From Octopus vulgaris (Eukaryota), in NCBI GenBank assembly GCA_951406725.2, contig OX597819.1, forward strand, positions 54,312,001 to 54,376,000: a stretch of DNA of 64,000 nucleotides. Reading direction: 5' to 3'. The notes under the pieces were generated by a model. It made no database searches, was not told the DNA's origin, and worked only from the letters and a program-made list of their open reading frames with translations. Position 1 is the stretch's first letter. Every line of letters begins with the position of its first letter. The position numbers were made by a program, and so were the translations under genes. Positions 12,798 through 27,435 of this stretch are shown in pieces.

Positions 12798-14996
12798 GTG
12801 AGTAATTATTCAAAAAGAAACTTTGTTTCTAAGTATCAAAATATTTTTTTGAAATGGTGCGATCTTAAATTATTCTTCTTTACTTAAAAATTATTGATCA
12901 TACATTCCAGACTTAGACACTAAATTCAGCTCGTATCTTTGTTTTATATCCTTTATATTATTATTTATTGTTAATTACGTTGGTTGCTCTTAAGAACTTC
13001 AAAAGATTATTTTGTGTTACCAAATTAGATCTTTTTCTGATCATGTTCTATATTTGATACTTCTAACTGAATAAGATTTGCACTGCTATGGATGTCTTTG
13101 CAGTTTAATTTCTTAATTGCTGGTTTTAAACTGAAGAAGTTGTTTTATTCACATTTAATTGCTGTTTGCCTTTTCCTCTATGTCTACTTTTTGTATAAAT
13201 GTAATTATCATATCGTAAAACTTTTTTCAAGTTAAAATTTAGACTTAATTTGGGTTTTTTCTGGCAATTTTATTTGCACAACAAAATACAGTATGATCCA
13301 GAGGATTGAAATAATATTTTCAGTTTTAACTGGATTGCTTGGTTTGCTTACTGTAGACACTAGCCACCAACATAATAAATCATTTATTAATTAACTTATA
13401 CATTCACTCTTTTGTGATCTTTTTCTAACTCTGGGGAGAATATTATTGATTGTTTCTTTTATTTCTTGTGAATTAATCCACTAATCATTACTTTTAGCAT
13501 GTTGATTAAAAATGTTTGTAGTTGGTAGTGTTCATAAACTGCAGTCTACTGACTAAATAAGTAGCATTATATGCACTAACACTTGTGTTGCACTGTCTTC
13601 TAAGCAAAAGTACTGAACACTCATTCAGTAATTTCACTTAGCTGTAAATAGTTTTTTTGCAGTCAACAGCATGAACACACATCTTAATTGATTAGTGTTT
13701 CATTAACATGCAGTGAAAAGCTTAAATACTTGCATGAGAATAACCTATAATACAGTTATCTTACTTAAACATAGGTAATTCTTTGGAAGAGTACTATGTC
13801 TTTGTAAACAGTGTTAAATATAAAATAAAATCAACTGCTTAGTTTTTAATATACTGTACACTTAAGTTTTAATTATGTCTTATTTAAAGAAATAGTAAGA
13901 GAAGTGGTTTGTTAAGAAATAAGACATTAGTTCCCATGGTATTTCCTTGATCACTTCATCAGAAGTTTGCCTATTTACATTATAAAACTATCTGTAAATT
14001 CAAATATTTTACAATACCATTCTTTCCAAGGTATTGTAAATTGGCTTTAGATTTATAAGCAGTTTTATTTTATTTTCAAAACTAATTTGTAGAAAGAATG
14101 CTGTAATTTTGAAATGAACCTTGATTTATAAGAAAGGATCCACATTTATTTCACTGGATTAATTGTTCTAATGTTTCTTGACTTGTTGGCATTTTCAGGA
14201 AATTTAATTTTGTAAGCAGCAATGGTAGCAGCATAGACATAAGGACTTAAGATCCATGGTAAAATGCTCAAACATGTTCTACATAGAAACCAAACGCTAA
14301 GCTCAATGAGGAGAAGTTGTTAGCTAAACAATCCATTCTGATCCAGAATGATCTTTAAGCTATTATTTCTCTTCATTCCAGGTGTAATTTTCATAAAAAA
14401 ATTTCACCCAGTACCTTAGTACTGACCTTACTACAACAGTGGTCTAAAGAGCTGAATTGATGGCCACTGATCACCCAATTAGTGCTTGGCAGTTTGTATT
14501 TTCATATCATTATGTTCTCTGGATAAGACATTTAATTTTTAAAAGACTAGTTCATTTCTCCTCAGTAACATAACTTAATGAAGCCCATTGTCTAAAGTTT
14601 GTTTAGTAGCTACACATCTATTATGCTGGAGCTTATCCTGTTTTCCTTGGAGTTTAAGCAACTGAGAGTACAAGATCCCCACCCCATGAATGAAATGCCA
14701 ATCGATTACAGAGTCAACTGAATGAACAGCAGTAATGTGAAATGAAGTGCCTTAGTCAAGAGCATATCACGTTGCCCAGTCTGAGAATCTAACTGATGAC
14801 CTAGCAATAGTGAACCCAACACTCAAATTACTGCACCAAACACCTTCACTGAAGAGCACTTAGATTTATCAGTGTTTCAATTTCATTAGCTTCTAACACT
14901 AAGTTTTTGTCATCTTGTTGACTAACGACATGACCCTACTTTTTAACTTCTATCATCACTCCAGAGTAGATCAGAAACGAATGTGGTGTGTATGTA

Positions 14997-15074
14997 CAGG
15001 GTGACCCAAAATTTAAGGTACTGTTTAATATATTTTTATGTATTAAGTGGTAGAGTGAATTTTGGGCCACCCTG
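14997..15074. mobile_element. 78-bp Tc1/mariner-type MITE
   Basis: TA | cagggtgacccaaaatt ... aattttgggccaccctg | TA. Confidence 0.8.
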
Positions 15075-15169
15075 TATATACTGTGAAAGGTAGGCCTCTT
15101 AATTTACCATTACTTACAAACTAGCAGAATGTTTCAAGGGAGGTAAATATGTTAAGTTACTTTTAATAT

Positions 15170-15745
15170 TGATTTCAAATTTTGGCACAAGGCCAGCAAT
15201 TTCGCGGGTGGGGGTAAACCAATTACATCGACTGATTTTTAACTAGTACTTGTTTTATTGATCCTGAAAGGATGAAAATCAAAATAGACCTCAGTGGAAT
15301 TTGAAAATGTTAATCAATGTTAAGGCAGTGAATTGGCAGTGATTAGAATGTTGGATAGAATGCCTTACAGTATTTGTTCTGACTTTCTGCATTTCCAAGT
15401 TCAAATCCTGCCAAGGCCAATTCTGGCTTTCATCCTTTCAGGGTTGATATAAAAATACCAATCCAGAACATTGAATTGGCAAAACAGTTAAGGAGCAGAC
15501 AAAATGCCTTGTAGTGTGTGTTCTGGCAGCAACACCTGTGGTAGTATTGATGTCAAATTTTGGCTCAAGGCCAGCAGGTTTGGGGATGTCGATTACCTTG
15601 ACCCCAGTGCTCAACTGGTACTTACTTTATTGAACCTGAAAGGATGAACAGCAAAGTTGACCTTGGCAGAGTTTGAACTTAGAATGTAAAGACAGATGAG
15701 ATGCTGCTAAGCATTCTGCCCATGGTGCTAATGATTCTTCCAGCT
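15170..15745. mobile_element. Cluster of tRNA-derived SINE copies in both orientations
   Basis: The core cctgaaaggatgaa...gacct..g..ga.tttgaa recurs on both strands, with B-box-like gttcaaatcc. The same family occurs near 34.5 kb, 36.2 kb, 55.7 kb, 57.8 kb and 63.8 kb. Boundaries are approximate. Confidence 0.7.
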
Positions 15746-18399
15746 ATGCTTGTGGTAATATTGATGCCAAGCTGTATTGGTCAAAGCTGACAGCTTCTCC
15801 ATTGGTGACATCAAGAGGGAAGACTAGTATGCATGAAAAACGACAGTCTTCCTCAGAACTGCACATACACATGCAAATGCATGGTTAAACTCAACTGATG
15901 GAAACCCTTTGTTAATGAATGTTACTGTAAACATACTGTATATATCTGCATATAAATTGATATTTTAATATTACATCTCTCCCATAAATGAATTTGTCTT
16001 ATATTCAAGGTATAAAACATGACTATTATTTCCTATATTTTATAGTAAGTAGTTAGCATGGGTGATGGTTGATAATAGGCTCACCCCTGCTTTGGTAACT
16101 ACCAACAGGTCTTAAACACCCAGTTGTTTATATACTTTTATGTATGATATTTAGAATTATATACACTCATTGATATATTCAAAGTAATTTGTGTTATATT
16201 ATTGCTGCTAGTGTTTATGTAATATTTTATGAATAATGTTTCTCATGTGTGCATGCTGTATGTTTTGGGATTTATGTGTGTAAACATTAAAGTACTCAGT
16301 ATATACTTATGGAGTCTGTAGAACCCATTATATGCGTATTGTTACATCCATGCCATTTCTTATGTAAGTATCTAAATGGATATGAGTAATCTCATATATA
16401 GGAATAGGTTTCTAAATGTCTATCACACCCAGTGAGGAATGCTAATATTAACATGGTATGAATCTAATTATATAATCCCTCCCAACATACATAACATTTA
16501 AAGCCTTAATAATACTTAATTGTTGCTATTTACAGTATTCTTTGCATCAATAATTCTAGCCATACTTTTATCATCTCTTCTTTTCAGTAGAAACTCTGGT
16601 TATGGTTACTTTTTTTTACTTAATATTTTACAAGAGGTTGTCATGCTTGAATTCTTGATTTACACAAAATGCTAACCTATTCCATCCAAAATAAATATCA
16701 ATTTACCATCATACTTTGTGTCTTCGTCATAATTTATTGTTGAATCTCACATGTTCTAATTTCCCTCTTATGCTGCTTCACTTTGGATCATTGAATGCTA
16801 CTAATCTGATTGGCTTCTGGTAAGTTTTGTTTTACATAACCAAACTGTTTGATGTTGTGTATACTTACATGGTGTGGCTTCTTTAATGTAATGGGGCTAT
16901 TCTTTGTGCTTTCTGTGTTATTGCTATTTTTAAATTTCTCTTTCTGTTGGTGTTTCATTGGTTTCATCAAAATACTTGAGACTCTATACCAAAAACAGCA
17001 CTGACTAGACAATGTCTTTTAGTATATGTTTTATTTAATATGAAGTAATTAGATGTAAAGATATATATTTTCTACTGTATATATAATTCTATCTTTAAAA
17101 ATTTAGATAAAATTATATATTTTAAATACTTTATTAATCTTAATATCATCTCAACCTTTTGACTTTTAATTTTTAGTAGAATTCTTTAGTTAGATTATAT
17201 TAACAACAGGAGGTAGATAGATCCCTACTAGAAGCAACTTCAGCAGCTATAGTACAATTTATTTTATAAAATAAGCTTAAATTAGAAATTGCTAATAGAA
17301 AAATAGTTAAATTTGTTTAAATTGAAGTAGATAATATTTATGTATTCTTGAAGTATTTTATTTCCGGATAGATTATTTCTACTGTGGTTAACATTACTAA
17401 TGTACCTAGAGTTTAACCTACTTAAATATAAAAAAAAAAATCACTAAATATATCAAGTTCAAGTCTGTGTCTTTTCTTTACATCCAATTTCTTATTCACA
17501 AGTCTGATTAGCAGAATTCCATCTTGGATATTTATAGGAACTTACTTATATTTGGGGAAAAAAAAATTATAGCTGATTGAAATAGATTTAAAAATACCAT
17601 TTAAAGGATGTGGTTAGTAAATATGGTTTAAATGTAAAGTGTCATTACCTTCAAAATCCAGTAGAAAGATGTAAGCCAAAGGAAAATATATCAAAGAACC
17701 AAATTCAATGTTTCAAATACTAACATGCTTGATACAGAACAAGATTTGAAGAAGATAGCCTGTTATAATGAGATGGAAGCAATAGATAAAATCTTTTATT
17801 CAGACAGTTGCTATTAATAATTGAATTAGTTGCAAAGGAAATGAAGGACTTGAATATTTATCTACATGTTCTGCTTAAATATTCTTTTCATATAACTTTA
17901 CAAAAAATAAAATTGTTTGCAATATGTAAATTCTTCAAATGCTAACTAATGTATTCATCAAATTTTGAAGCAAAACAATATTTGATGAATGTGTAAGAAA
18001 TATTGAGAATTTAAATGATGATCTATCATAGAAAATTTTTTTAAATAGTTCCAGGTTGTCCAAAAAGTCAGGAATATTTTAGAATCAAAAATATTTGGGG
18101 GAAAAAATTGTTAGAATGGAAGAGAAATAGTTATGTGTATTTTAGAATTTCATATTGATAGTAGTTGGGAAACATAATCATTGGGGTGGGGGGATCTATA
18201 ACATTTTTTTATGATGATTTAGTCTTAGGGAATGAGGTAGTGACCTATCTTTTTCATATATTCCCTAAATTTGAAGACACAGTTTAGGTTTCACAAGTGT
18301 GTGAGATTGATGCTGTTTGAATTTGAAGATGAGTGAGCTGTTGAGAGAAAAGCATAGCTAAGGAGAAAGTTCTGAGGAAGGAAGACTGGATTAAGCACC

Positions 18400-19600
18400 T
18401 AATATGGGATCTAGAGGATAAAACTCAGAAAAGGTAACAAGAGAAAATACAAATGGAAAAGCTTCTGCATTTGCTGTTCACATTGTATCCAACCTGATAT
18501 TACATACCCCCAACAAAACTTCTCTCAAACTATTCTTTCTCTACTCTCAGTCTCACACTCACTGCTTCCATGAATGCCTGTAATTATTGAGATTTACCAA
18601 GACAAACGACCCAGTGGTATCCTTTCACTTTCAAACTGTACACTTCAAAGTTAGCTCTTCTTGTCTTTGTCAGATTCTTCAAGAAGTCTATGTCAATTTT
18701 TGGAAATACACTAGAATGTGTTTTGTATCCAAATGACCAACCTCTATGACCCTGTAATCTATTAACCTCTCAGATGTAATGGAAATGGTTAACAATTATG
18801 TTCATCACTGTAGTCTCTCTCCTTTCTCAGCAACAATCAGTTTATCTTCCATACAGCCAGATTTACCAAAGACTTACTCTCCTGTGTCCCTCACCAGCAA
18901 TCCCTTAGCCTTGAGGAAATGCACTGTTGTTCTTTACAAGTTCTGCTCTGCACTGGGAGAAAAGAAAATTGTTTCTTTTCTGTAATTGAACAACATGACC
19001 TTTCCTCCGCTGTCCAATAATTCTGTAGTAGTATCATGTACCTCACTACATAGCCTAGTTTTGATTTTTTTCTGTGTCTGGCATGAGAACCTTCTGATGA
19101 AGGTACCTGCCTAAAGACTCCATCTCCTTTTTTTTTTTTTCTCTTTTGGATTGGAAGCCTCCTGTTATGCTGAAGTAATGCAGCATGTGCCAACAGGACT
19201 CTCTCTCTCTCTAACCCACATTCTATCAACTCTGGTGTACCCTAAGCCTTTGCAATGTTACCAAGCTGTCTTCTTGCTGGCTAAGATTCTTCGTTAGAGC
19301 CAAGAAATATTTCACTCTTGAAATCTATAAGACCATCATTGCAGCATATTTGTGTGCAGACACAGAGACCTTAATTAGATCTAAAAGAAGGTTAATCAAC
19401 TGATTGGCAAAGAATCACTCATAAAAACACTTCAACCACCGACTCTCAGACATGTGGTTTCCTATCTCTGCTTCTTCTGTGGACATTTATAATAATTATT
19501 AGTTCCTCACCACCCAGGTGTACTAATCCCACCTGTCTCACTTCAGCCTAATTGTGTCTCATTTCCTAGCTCATACACAACACATCTCCTGATCCTTACT
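18400..19600 (+). pseudogene. Highly decayed Penelope-like retroelement (RT thumb/linker/GIY-YIG remnants)
   Basis: Frameshifted remnants resemble SINxxDV...SYLPYS...PHQQSL, a C-x-x-P-x-C-x-x-C linker (~19250) and KHFNH..SDM (~19425), in PLE order. Read by eye only. Confidence 0.35.
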
Positions 19601-22600
19601 CCCCAGAATTGTAATCCTCTGGAGAGTCATGTTTGCTCACCTTGCAAACATGGGTCCACACATGTTCAAGCAAAATATTGCCTATGTTAGTCTCAGAAGC
19701 TTTGCAATGATATGGCTGTCTTGTTAAAAAACAAATGTGACACACACTTTTGTAGTAGGCATGAGAGAGGTTGGGACAGAGAGAGAGAGAACACAGCTCA
19801 GTAGAGGAGAAAACTGCAAAAACTTGTTGAAAAGTATTAAGTATAGTTTATCTCGGCTGGATTACTTTGAATTAATATTATTTTTAATCTGGTCCAGAAA
19901 ATGTGATTACATGTAATGCAGGCACTATTTTAGATGTGTGAACTGTATATTATAGTAGAATAATCATATCTTATGTGGAATATCTACACACATAAAGAAA
20001 AAGAACCTGTTTGAGATGTTATTTTGTTAATGTGAATGTTAAACATAGATATGAAAAATTGCGTAATAGGAGGAAAAAGTGAGAACAGTGTATCATGACT
20101 GTTGAAAGTTGATCTCTCTGCGTACATGCTTCCCTACATGAATTAGATAGTTGCATGAAATTAATCACTAACATCATTACCATATCTGTCATCAGCAACA
20201 TCATTCATATCAATTAAATTCATGGGCAATTTCAATCCATTTGATCATTTTGTTTATTGTTGGTTTGGCACATATCATTAAAGGGAAATAATCCAACACG
20301 ATTTTCGGGCTTCATACATCTACACATGCACATACACTTGTTCACTCAAATTTAAAATAGCAAATGAAAGATTTTAAGAATAAATAATTATAGATTACTG
20401 ATTGAAAACACACACACACACTTTCTGACAGGCTTTCTAGCTAAGATAAAAGACAGCAAGACGGTGCATAAAAGGAAATTATTGAGAAAAAAAGTAATCT
20501 CTTGTAAATTTCTTTGGAGAAGCACTTTTTTCTGTGAGAGTCATCGGGATCTTCTGTTATTGAAGAAGTAGAAGGTTTTTGAGTTATTCAGTTTTTTCTA
20601 AGCAATTATCTGAGAAGATTGCTGTAAACTGTTTTTCTGGACAGTCTAAAAACATTGCTACATATTAGAAAAAATACTTTGCACCTTACTCAGCATCCTT
20701 TAAGATAAAATAATGCATTCTCACATTGTGGGTTTACAGTCGAAAATTAAATCTCTTTAGCTCTTTGCTTGATATGCTTTTATTTATTTATTTTGGTCTG
20801 CCTCTTCAGAGTTTAGTCTTTGTTCCTTCAGGCATTCCATTATATTCTTGTTTTCAGTGCTTCCATTGGTGCTAGTGGAATCGATTTATGCTTCATAAAT
20901 TACTCTCTTAGTGTATTTATATATAGATACATGTGTATATGTGTGTGTGTCTTTATACACACACACACACACCTAAATACATATCTCTTGCTTTACATCT
21001 GTTTTTCCATGCTAGCATAGGTTGGATGGAGACTTAATCGAGACATAATTTTGTAGCTGGATGCCATTTCTGTTACTAATCCTCACATGCTTTCAGCGAG
21101 GGATCTTGATTTGAAATTACAGACTAATGTAATCAGTAGAAAATGTAAACGTCACCTTTTTGCTCAGGCTATGGTAATGAAGCCATGAAGTATCAACATT
21201 TGCAAGCACATGCTCATAAACATGTTATATGCAATAGGTTTCCATACAGTCTCCATCTACCAATTCTACTCATAAGGCATATGGTCAGTCTTAGACTACA
21301 GTGGAAGGCATTTGCTCAGGGTGTCATGCTGAGAGATTAAACCCCAAACCACATGGTTATGGAGTGAACTTCATATCCATAGAACCACCTCTCTTCCATT
21401 TAATAATTGAAATTAAATAGTGTACCTTTATTTAAGAATGATTTGGAAGTTCTGTTTAACTTTGCAAAAATTTGTTAAAGTATAGAGTTTTAGATATTCA
21501 GCTGTTTATACAGTGTTTTCTTTCATGTTGAAAATTCCAGGATTCCTAGGACATTATTCTTACCAAATGATGTATTTACAATAAAACTGTATAAGTGATG
21601 GCAATGTATTAATTCAGTGTTTATAACATTTAGACTTAGTGCTTTATTATTAATATATAGTGAAATAATTACGTCAAGTGATATAGTTATTTCAATTTTT
21701 TTTCCTAATTTAATCTTTAACATAAATAGCAGTCGTATGAATATGAAATAAATAAATAAAATCACCTTGTTCTTAAACATTATTTGTATGATTGTTGTTT
21801 GTTATTTGTTATTTTTCTAACACTATCTTGTTTTAGAATCATATCTTAATTGCAAAACTATCTAATTACTGCTCCTTACTGTAATGAGCCACAAGTCATG
21901 CTCTCTGCCCCATTTCTCCCATTAGTCTTGTGGGTGCTGCAAAAAGGTCATAGATATTTCCAGTCTGCTAATTCCTTAAAAGAAAAAAAAACCCATTTCC
22001 ATTTATAAGATTTTCTTTTTCTTTTTGCACTTGAAATATGAGTGAAGTAACCAAAAGGTTTAGTTTAATAACATCACTTTTATTGTTTGTGTTATTTAAT
22101 TGATGTTCAGTTTGTGTTAGTGAACTGTATTTAAATACTCTCTTTTAATTTAATAACTAATTACGTTAAATATATGACTTACCAGTTATCCTATCATATG
22201 GATTGAGATTTCTGGTAGTAAAATATACAATATAATACTGTCTAGTTTATATTTTGTTTGCTTTTCTTTTTTTTCATCAGTCAATAAAGTTTCATAATTG
22301 AATATTAAGTTATAAAAATTGATCCAAAGGATTAAAAATTTTCTATCTGATACAATAAAAGTCCTGATTTAGGAGGTAAAAGGTTATATGGTTTTTATTG
22401 AAGTTTACAAGATGGGGTTTTGTTTCATTTTCTATTTGTTTTCTTTTTGGCTTTACATACTCCATTCTTTTTTCTTTGACATTTGGGTATATAAATATTA
22501 TAATTAAGATTTGTAAGTTAATTTTCTTTACTTTGTTTTGTTTTTAGTGTATATATTATTTATTTTTAATGTATATGTGTGTGTATATATATATATATAT

Positions 22601-22978
22601 TATTTCTATAATGTTTTCTTCATTCAACAGATGGTAAATAGTCTCTCAGATTTGAAAATGTTATAATTTTAGATCCAGATTTTTCAGAGTGGTTTGAAAC
22701 TTTCAACCAGATTTTGATTTTTTTTTTTTTTTTTTAATTCCTTATAAAAATTTGATTATTTTTAGGGATTAGACAGTTACTTTTTGTATTTGTGATAATT
22801 TCTTTCAGTGAAGTGGTCTTTGCTTTTTTTAGTTTTGATATCAGTTTGGGATTATTGTATATTTTCTTTTTTTTAATTTACAGTGTACTTTGTTGCTTAT
22901 TGTAAATAAGCAACAAGTACATGAATTTTACATGAATAATGTATCATAATGATTATAAACCTTTATTATATTTGGCAG

Positions 22979-23130
22979 TTTGCATAAATGATCCGGACAA
23001 CCCTGCAGTATTGATAGAAGGTGTGTTATTTCGAGCACGTTACCTTGGTTCTACACAATTAATATCTGAAGGGCAACCATCAAAACCAATGAGAATGATA
23101 CAAGCACAAGAAGCTGTTGGACGAATTAAG
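22979..23130 (+). CDS. APBA: X11/Mint/LIN-10 PTB domain exon: VCINDPDNPAVLIEGVLFRARYLGSTQLISEGQPSKPMRMIQAQEAVGRIK
   Basis: The sequence GVLFRARYLGSTQL...RM.QAQEAV.RIK is characteristic of the X11/Mint PTB domain. Acceptor tttggcAG, donor AAG|GTGAAG. Confidence 0.96.
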
Positions 23131-24286
23131 GTGAAGATACTTGACATAAATTTCTTTTATGTTAAAAGTTATTTTATTTACATATTATTTTTCTATTTTA
23201 TTTAGATTTTAAATTCACTAGAAAATGGTGTCCAAGTGTTTTACACACACACACACACAAATGATCTTTATAGGTGCTACATTATTTTTTTGCTCCAGGG
23301 ATAAATACATTACTCTAATTATAAACAAGGCTATTTAATAAATGAATATCAATAGGATTCAAGGTGTGGGACTTATTCAAGATATATTTTTTATTACTTA
23401 CCTGATGTAGTACTTCCCTATTTCCTATTTTTACAGTATTTGACAGGCTTTGGAATATCTTGTGATTCTTTTAAGTTATTAAACTTTAGTATTTCAACCA
23501 TCCTGCTGCTGTGTATTTATTGTTGAACAAGATCATTATAGGTGTATATATTGTTCATACACCAGTCATATGACCAATACCTATACTGTATGGGTTTACG
23601 TTGAATGAAGGGCTAGTCTGAAACTTTATTCCCATTGTTGCCTTTTTAAGACATCCTCTATTTCATTATATTATGATAAGGTATAAATGAAAGGCTGAGT
23701 ATTTTGAATCAGGATGACAAAATTTTTGGCTTAGATCCATATATTATTCATATATACATTATTATTAGTTCCATATATTATTTTGCTGAAAATATACTGT
23801 TTTTAAGACATGTAAAAGCTTTAAGCATTAAATGGGATTTGACAAAGAGAAATACTTTTTGTAAAATAGTATCTACAAAAGGTATTCCGGTAATCATCAA
23901 AGCTAGATGACCGAGTTGTTTCCCTTTGTTTTGTAAACCCATTCTAGGTTAACTCCAAATATTTTCTACACATTTCAATATATTCAGAGTGTGCTAGTGC
24001 ACTGCATTGATATATATATATAAAAAATAATAATAAAGGAGTAAAGTGAAGTGCTTCCCTTACTGATCTCATATATGGTTTATGTAAGTGAAATTTTGTT
24101 TTGATTAGAGGAATTTTCATATTGACTTTGCTAATTATTCTCAAATATTTAAAATTTGCATTATAATTGGTAAAAGACAACAAAAACCTAGTTGTAGTTG
24201 TAAGTGAATCTCAATGAAAAAAGTTGATAATTTCACAACAAATATTTATTCACTGCAGAAATCAGAAATACACATGCAAAATTTTG

Positions 24287-24472
24287 TTACCCTTAACTAC
24301 AGAAAGTGGTTTCATTTACCAGTCTATCTTCTGTTGGAACTTTTTCTTATTTTTCATATGTCAAGTTCATTGCGGTAACACAACTTGCAGAAAATACCAA
24401 CTTGAATGTTTTGGTAGATATTTAAGTCTTACAGGAATAACCATGAAGTTTAATTTCTCAGTTTAAGGGTTA
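24287..24472. mobile_element. Degenerate piggyBac-type MITE
   Basis: Ends ttacccttaactacagaaa ... tttctcagtttaagggttaa. Confidence 0.45.
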
Positions 24473-24869
24473 ATAGAAAATCTGATCCTTGTTAGCAGGC
24501 AAGGGACATGTTTCCATTTTATTAGAAATGTAGCTGATTTGCACCTGGTCGATGAGTTGAGAAACTTTTTTTTTTTACAAGTGGAAAAAAAAATGTTTTA
24601 GCCACTAAGCTTGCATAATTACACAATATGAACCAAGGGAAATAACTCATTTGGGCCAATAATATGAACTGCGATAGATTTACTTTTTAGTAAGAGAAAG
24701 AAAAGAAAAATCAGCGGTTATTGTAAGCAACTTCCTCAGAAGAGATTTAATTTTAAGAAATTGGATATTAATTTCACGAATGCATTACTTTACATGCTCT
24801 CTTCAAAATCCAATCTTTGTTAGCCTACAGTACCCATTACCATCTCTTTGTTTACTGACAAATCCAAAA

Positions 24870-26030
24870 TTCTCAAGCATACTGTGTAAGAAGTTTGCTT
24901 CCATACCTCATCGTTTCATGTTCACTCCCACTGTGTGGTATCTTGGACAAGTATCTCCTGCTATAGCCTCAGCCTTGTAAATAGATTTGGTTGATGAAAA
25001 GTGAAAAGAAGCCTATTATATGTATGTGTGTTATATATAGATTTTCTCTTCATAAACTATGATTGTCTTTCAATCCCCTTCCCTGCCCTCTACTCAGGTT
25101 TTCGCCAGTCACTACAATCCCCACTCCCTACTTGCGCCTTCTTGGCAACACTTGACTGTGTATATTACTACCTTCGTACTTCCCTTTTCTTTACCATCAC
25201 ATCTACGCTTTGATCCTTGTTACTTGTGAGTATACACTGGCACTTCCTTTCTCTCTTACATTTTTGCTATTTCCTACTCTCTCTTTCTTTCTTACCCTTG
25301 CTCTTCCCTCTGGCTGGGTAGTCACATATCTCCTCTCTAGCAGCATATATATATCTGCCCTCATTCTTGGTCACTCTCTTTCTGTCTCTCCCTGGGTAAC
25401 CATGTACCTTCTCTATAGCAAGACACTTATTTCTCTGTCACTCTCTAACATTTCATCCTCTGACATGGGTTCCCCTCCTCAAATGCACCTGCCCCTCTCA
25501 TGATTCCTTGTCTTGCAAGCTACTTGGTGACCCTGCCAGTGCTGGTGCCACATAAAAAGCATGCAGTCCACACTGTAAAGTGGTTATTTGGAGGGGCATC
25601 CAGCTGTAAAAATCATGCGAAAACTAACCTCACCTGTGCTAGTACGACATAAAAAGCACTGAGTCCACTCTAAAAAGTGGTTGGTGTTAGGAAAGGCATC
25701 CGACTATAAAAGCCTTGTCAAAACAGACAGTAGTATAGGGTAGTTTTTCTACATGGCCAGCTTCTGTGAGCCGTCCTGCTCATGCATGCATGCATGGAAG
25801 ATGGATGTTAAACAATGATGATGATATATATAATTATGTGTGTGTGTGTCTTTATGTTTGGCCCCTGCCATCTCCTGACAACCAGTGTTGGATTTTTTAT
25901 ATTCCCATAACTTAGTGGTTTGGTAGAAGATACTGATAGAATGAGTACTAGACTTAATAGATAAGTACTGGGGTTGATTTGTTTTGCCCAAACCCTATCT
26001 GGTCAGTACCCAGTGACTGAAACGAGATAA
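24870..26030 (+). mobile_element. Nested SINE composite (tRNA-head SINE interrupted by an RTE-tail SINE)
   Basis: Head aagaagtttgcttcc...cccactgtgtggtatcttggacaag. RTE-like tail ggtgttaggaaaggcatcc...gatgttaaacaatgatgatgat. 3' part gataagtactggggttgattt. These motifs recur across the window. Confidence 0.6.
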
Positions 26031-26541
26031 ATTTCTTGAAATTATCTCCCCCTCCCTTTGAGCTCTGCTGAGAATTACTTTTGGCTTTTTACTTTTTCTC
26101 CAACTAAAAGGCAAAATGGTAAACAGTTTTTGCTGCATCATTCAAAATATAACTTTTAACAAATATATGTAAATCCATGCCATCGTTCCACTACAGTTAT
26201 TTCCCTTAGTTCATATTTTTGTTTTATTTCACAGGTATTCTATTAACAAACACTATTATAAAATACAAATGCATTCTAGTTTCAACTTGGAATTGATAAT
26301 TCTTGTATTTGTATCTCAGTATCATAACCAGTTAACCATTTCACAATGTATTTACTACTTTTAGTTAAAATGAATTGAAACTGTTATCCAGCTTTCTTGA
26401 TACTTACTGACATTATGGCATATGCATTATTTTGAGAGAATCTAAAATGTATAATCTTTTAATATAAATGTATTTTTCAGAAAAAAACCCATTTAAAAAT
26501 ATATTATAGTATAATTTTGAGATTTTCCTATCTTAAAAGGG

Positions 26542-26544
<3 letters not shown>

Positions 26545-26587
<43 letters not shown>
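26545..26587. repeat. (GT)n microsatellite, representative of many (TA)n, (CA)n and (TTA)n tracts
   Basis: Seen directly. Others lie near 2149, 8547, 27403, 28776, 35038, 40362, 46087 and 61638. Confidence 0.95.
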
Positions 26588-26592
<5 letters not shown>

Positions 26593-27279
26593 GTACAACA
26601 GCATTTACAAGTAATATTTGCTTTCAGGAATAAATTTTGGTTTGTAACAGGTATATTAACAACACTAGCTTCATTGATCATTTACCATATCATTAGTTTT
26701 TTTTTAGTTTTTAGTTGGTTTTATTTTTTAGCTTTTTATGCAATTTAATTAATTATGTATGAAATAAATAAATAGATTACTTCATTACTGAAAAATGTGC
26801 AGATTATTTTATATACAGAAATAATAAAGAATGAATTTTACCTAATAAAGGCTTACATAATTACTTAAACCTCTTATGGTAACAATGAAATCTCTTCCAA
26901 CACACTATTTGCACATTAAATGTTCATCTGTTTGTTGCAGACTTCTCTAATGTATGCCACTTAATGAAAAAGTTCATATAAGTTATATTTCATTATCATG
27001 TTTTATGTGTTTTTACCTCGTCAGTATGTGTTCTTATGATTTTACTGAAAAGTTTTATCATCGTTATCATCATTAACGATATTTGAAATATAATTATGAA
27101 AGGATATAGATTTAAGCTTGTAGTCACACTTTGAAGATTACTTTCATATCAGGACTGATTCAGAAGTCCAAAACTGTTTTAATTAATTCTTTTCTTGAAA
27201 ATCACTAAATATATTATCTTTATTTTAGATTTATATATATTCATGTATCTATGTAGCAAGATAAATTCTTTTCAATGCT

Positions 27280-27401
27280 AGGAAACTCTATAAAGGTAGT
27301 CAATAGCTTCTGCTATATTGGTAACCTAACTGGCAGTGAAAGAGGATGCTCAGCAAGCATAGTAGCTAGAGTAAGAACAGAGTGGAAAAAGTTCAGGAAG
27401 C

Positions 27402-27435
<34 letters not shown>

